Shown: positions 62,806-64,000 of the stretch, piece by piece
How positions within the stretch are numbered: the stretch's first letter is position 1
Layout of the letters: each line of letters opens with the position of its first letter
DNA from: Podarcis gaigeae
Taxonomy: Eukaryota
Length of the DNA stretch: 64,000 nucleotides
NCBI GenBank assembly: GCA_964106915.2
Contig: OZ066927.1
Direction: 5' to 3' (one strand)
The notes under the pieces: model-generated
Seen by the model: the letters and a program-made list of their open reading frames with translations, nothing else
Database searches by the model: none
What the model was told of the DNA's origin: nothing
Position numbers and translations under genes: made by a program

Positions 62806-63066
62806 GGCTTTAAAAGAGGATTAGACAAATTCATGGAGAATAAGGCTTTCCATGGATATTAGGCACAATGGCTATGTTCTACCTCCATTGATGAAGGCAG
62901 TATGCCTCTGTACACCAGTTTCTGCAAATTGCAGGAGGGGAGAATCCTGTTGCTCTCAGGTCCTGCTTCTGGTCTTTCAGTATGCACTTGCTTGGCCCTT
63001 GTGAGAACAGGATGTTTGATTAAATGGGCCTTCAGTCTGATCTGGCAGCAAGGTTGTTCTTATGTA
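62806..63066 (+). mobile_element. CR1 LINE 3' end
   Basis: GGCTTTAAAAGAGGATTAGACAAATTCATGGAG...TGTGAGAACAGGATG...TTCTTATGT; colinear with the 51720 copy. Confidence 0.75.
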
Positions 63067-63074
63067 CTGCAACT

Positions 63075-63722
63075 GGGGATGGAGTATGTATTTAAAGCTG
63101 AATTCACACAATTCACACGTATGAACTGAAACACAGCTATCTTTTGAAATCTGCACAGCTCTGAATTTTGCAATGCAGTTCTCCTGCCAAGTCATGGGCA
63201 CAATAATGCATATACAGCGGTACCTTGGTACCCGAACAGCTTGGCTCCCGAACAAAGCACCGCAAACCTGGAAGTAAGTGTTCCGGTTTGCGAACTTTTT
63301 TTGGAAGCTGGATGTCTGACACGACTTCCCCTTGAGTGCAGGAAGCTCCTGCAGCCAATCGGAAGCTGTGCCTTGGTTTTCGAATGGTTTTGGGAGTCAA
63401 ATGGACTCTCGGAACGGATTAAGTTCAAGAACCAAGGCATCACCGTATTAAGGTAAGGAGTGCCTATATTAGTGAAAATAACATATAAAAATGCATTCTG
63501 TTGGGGAAAATAAAAAGTATTAGGAAAAACATGTTCCATAAAAATGGGTCCATTAGGCAAAATGTCATATGAAAAAATGTATAGTGAGAAAAAATCACAT
63601 TAAAATGCTCATGAATTTTCATAATTTTTAAAAAATTGCTAACTAATGTGGAGAACTGAACTAAAGACCAGAAAAATGAGAATCTGAGAGAAACAAAGAG
63701 AAGCAGATTTGCCCACCCTCAA
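63075..63722 (+). mobile_element. Older AT-rich non-autonomous DNA element (related copies at ~45680-46090 minus and ~50320-50660 plus)
   Basis: All three share ATATTAG(G/T)G(G/A)AAA internal repeats and a TAAAATGCT(G/C)ATGAATTTTC...GAGAA...GACAGATT(T/C)..CCA.CCCTA-type terminus. Confidence 0.55.
63215..63445. mobile_element. Related Tc1/mariner MITE subfamily nested in an older element
   Basis: TA-CAGCGGTACCTTGG...CCAAGGCATCACCG-TA (degenerate TIR). Shares the GGAACG.ATTAAGT subterminal motif with the 43726 family. Confidence 0.75.
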
Positions 63723-64000
63723 GTAAAACCCCCATGGGGAGGCAGATTCAAGGGATAGGAAACTGCCTTATGTTGAATCAGTCCATCAGTCCACCTCCCT
63801 TTGAATACCAAATTCTGGGGATCAACATTAGGAAGCGGGCTGTTGTGCTCGTTCCTTCCCTGTTGGTTTCCCAGAGGCATCTGATTGGCCACTGTGGGAA
63901 ACAGGAAGCTGTACTAGATGGGCCTTTGGACTGATACAGCAGGCAATGTGCAAGCTCATGTATTAAGGTAACATTGAGTTGGAGCTTTGCAAAAGACCTG

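Overview
Vertebrate genomic DNA, most likely from a squamate and probably a lacertid lizard, judged from Sauria/Squam1-, Squam2- and Squam3-type SINEs. It holds the complete NR2F2 (COUP-TFII) gene on the minus strand: three coding exons (14482-14053, 11915-11388, 7701-7427; 1233 nt, 410 aa). A 43-nt upstream alternative coding exon (21947-21905, MQAIWDFEQGKYVL), absent from the ORF track, splices in phase to exon 2 and gives a 281-aa isoform lacking the DNA-binding domain. The first ~29 kb is CpG- and microsatellite-rich and almost free of transposons. It includes a compact promoter (TATA, DR1, X-box, CArG, CCAAT), several nuclear-receptor palindromes, uORFs and enhancer-like blocks. The remaining ~35 kb is upstream gene desert packed with SINEs, CR1/L2/L1 fragments and MITEs, with islands of unique enhancer-like sequence. 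Notable extras are a Penelope-type insertion carrying a minimal hammerhead ribozyme core (29561-29596) and a 5S-like/tRNA-SINE tail-to-tail composite present twice. There are four assembly gaps. No other protein-coding gene is supported. Family names and homologue comparisons are from recall, not database searches.
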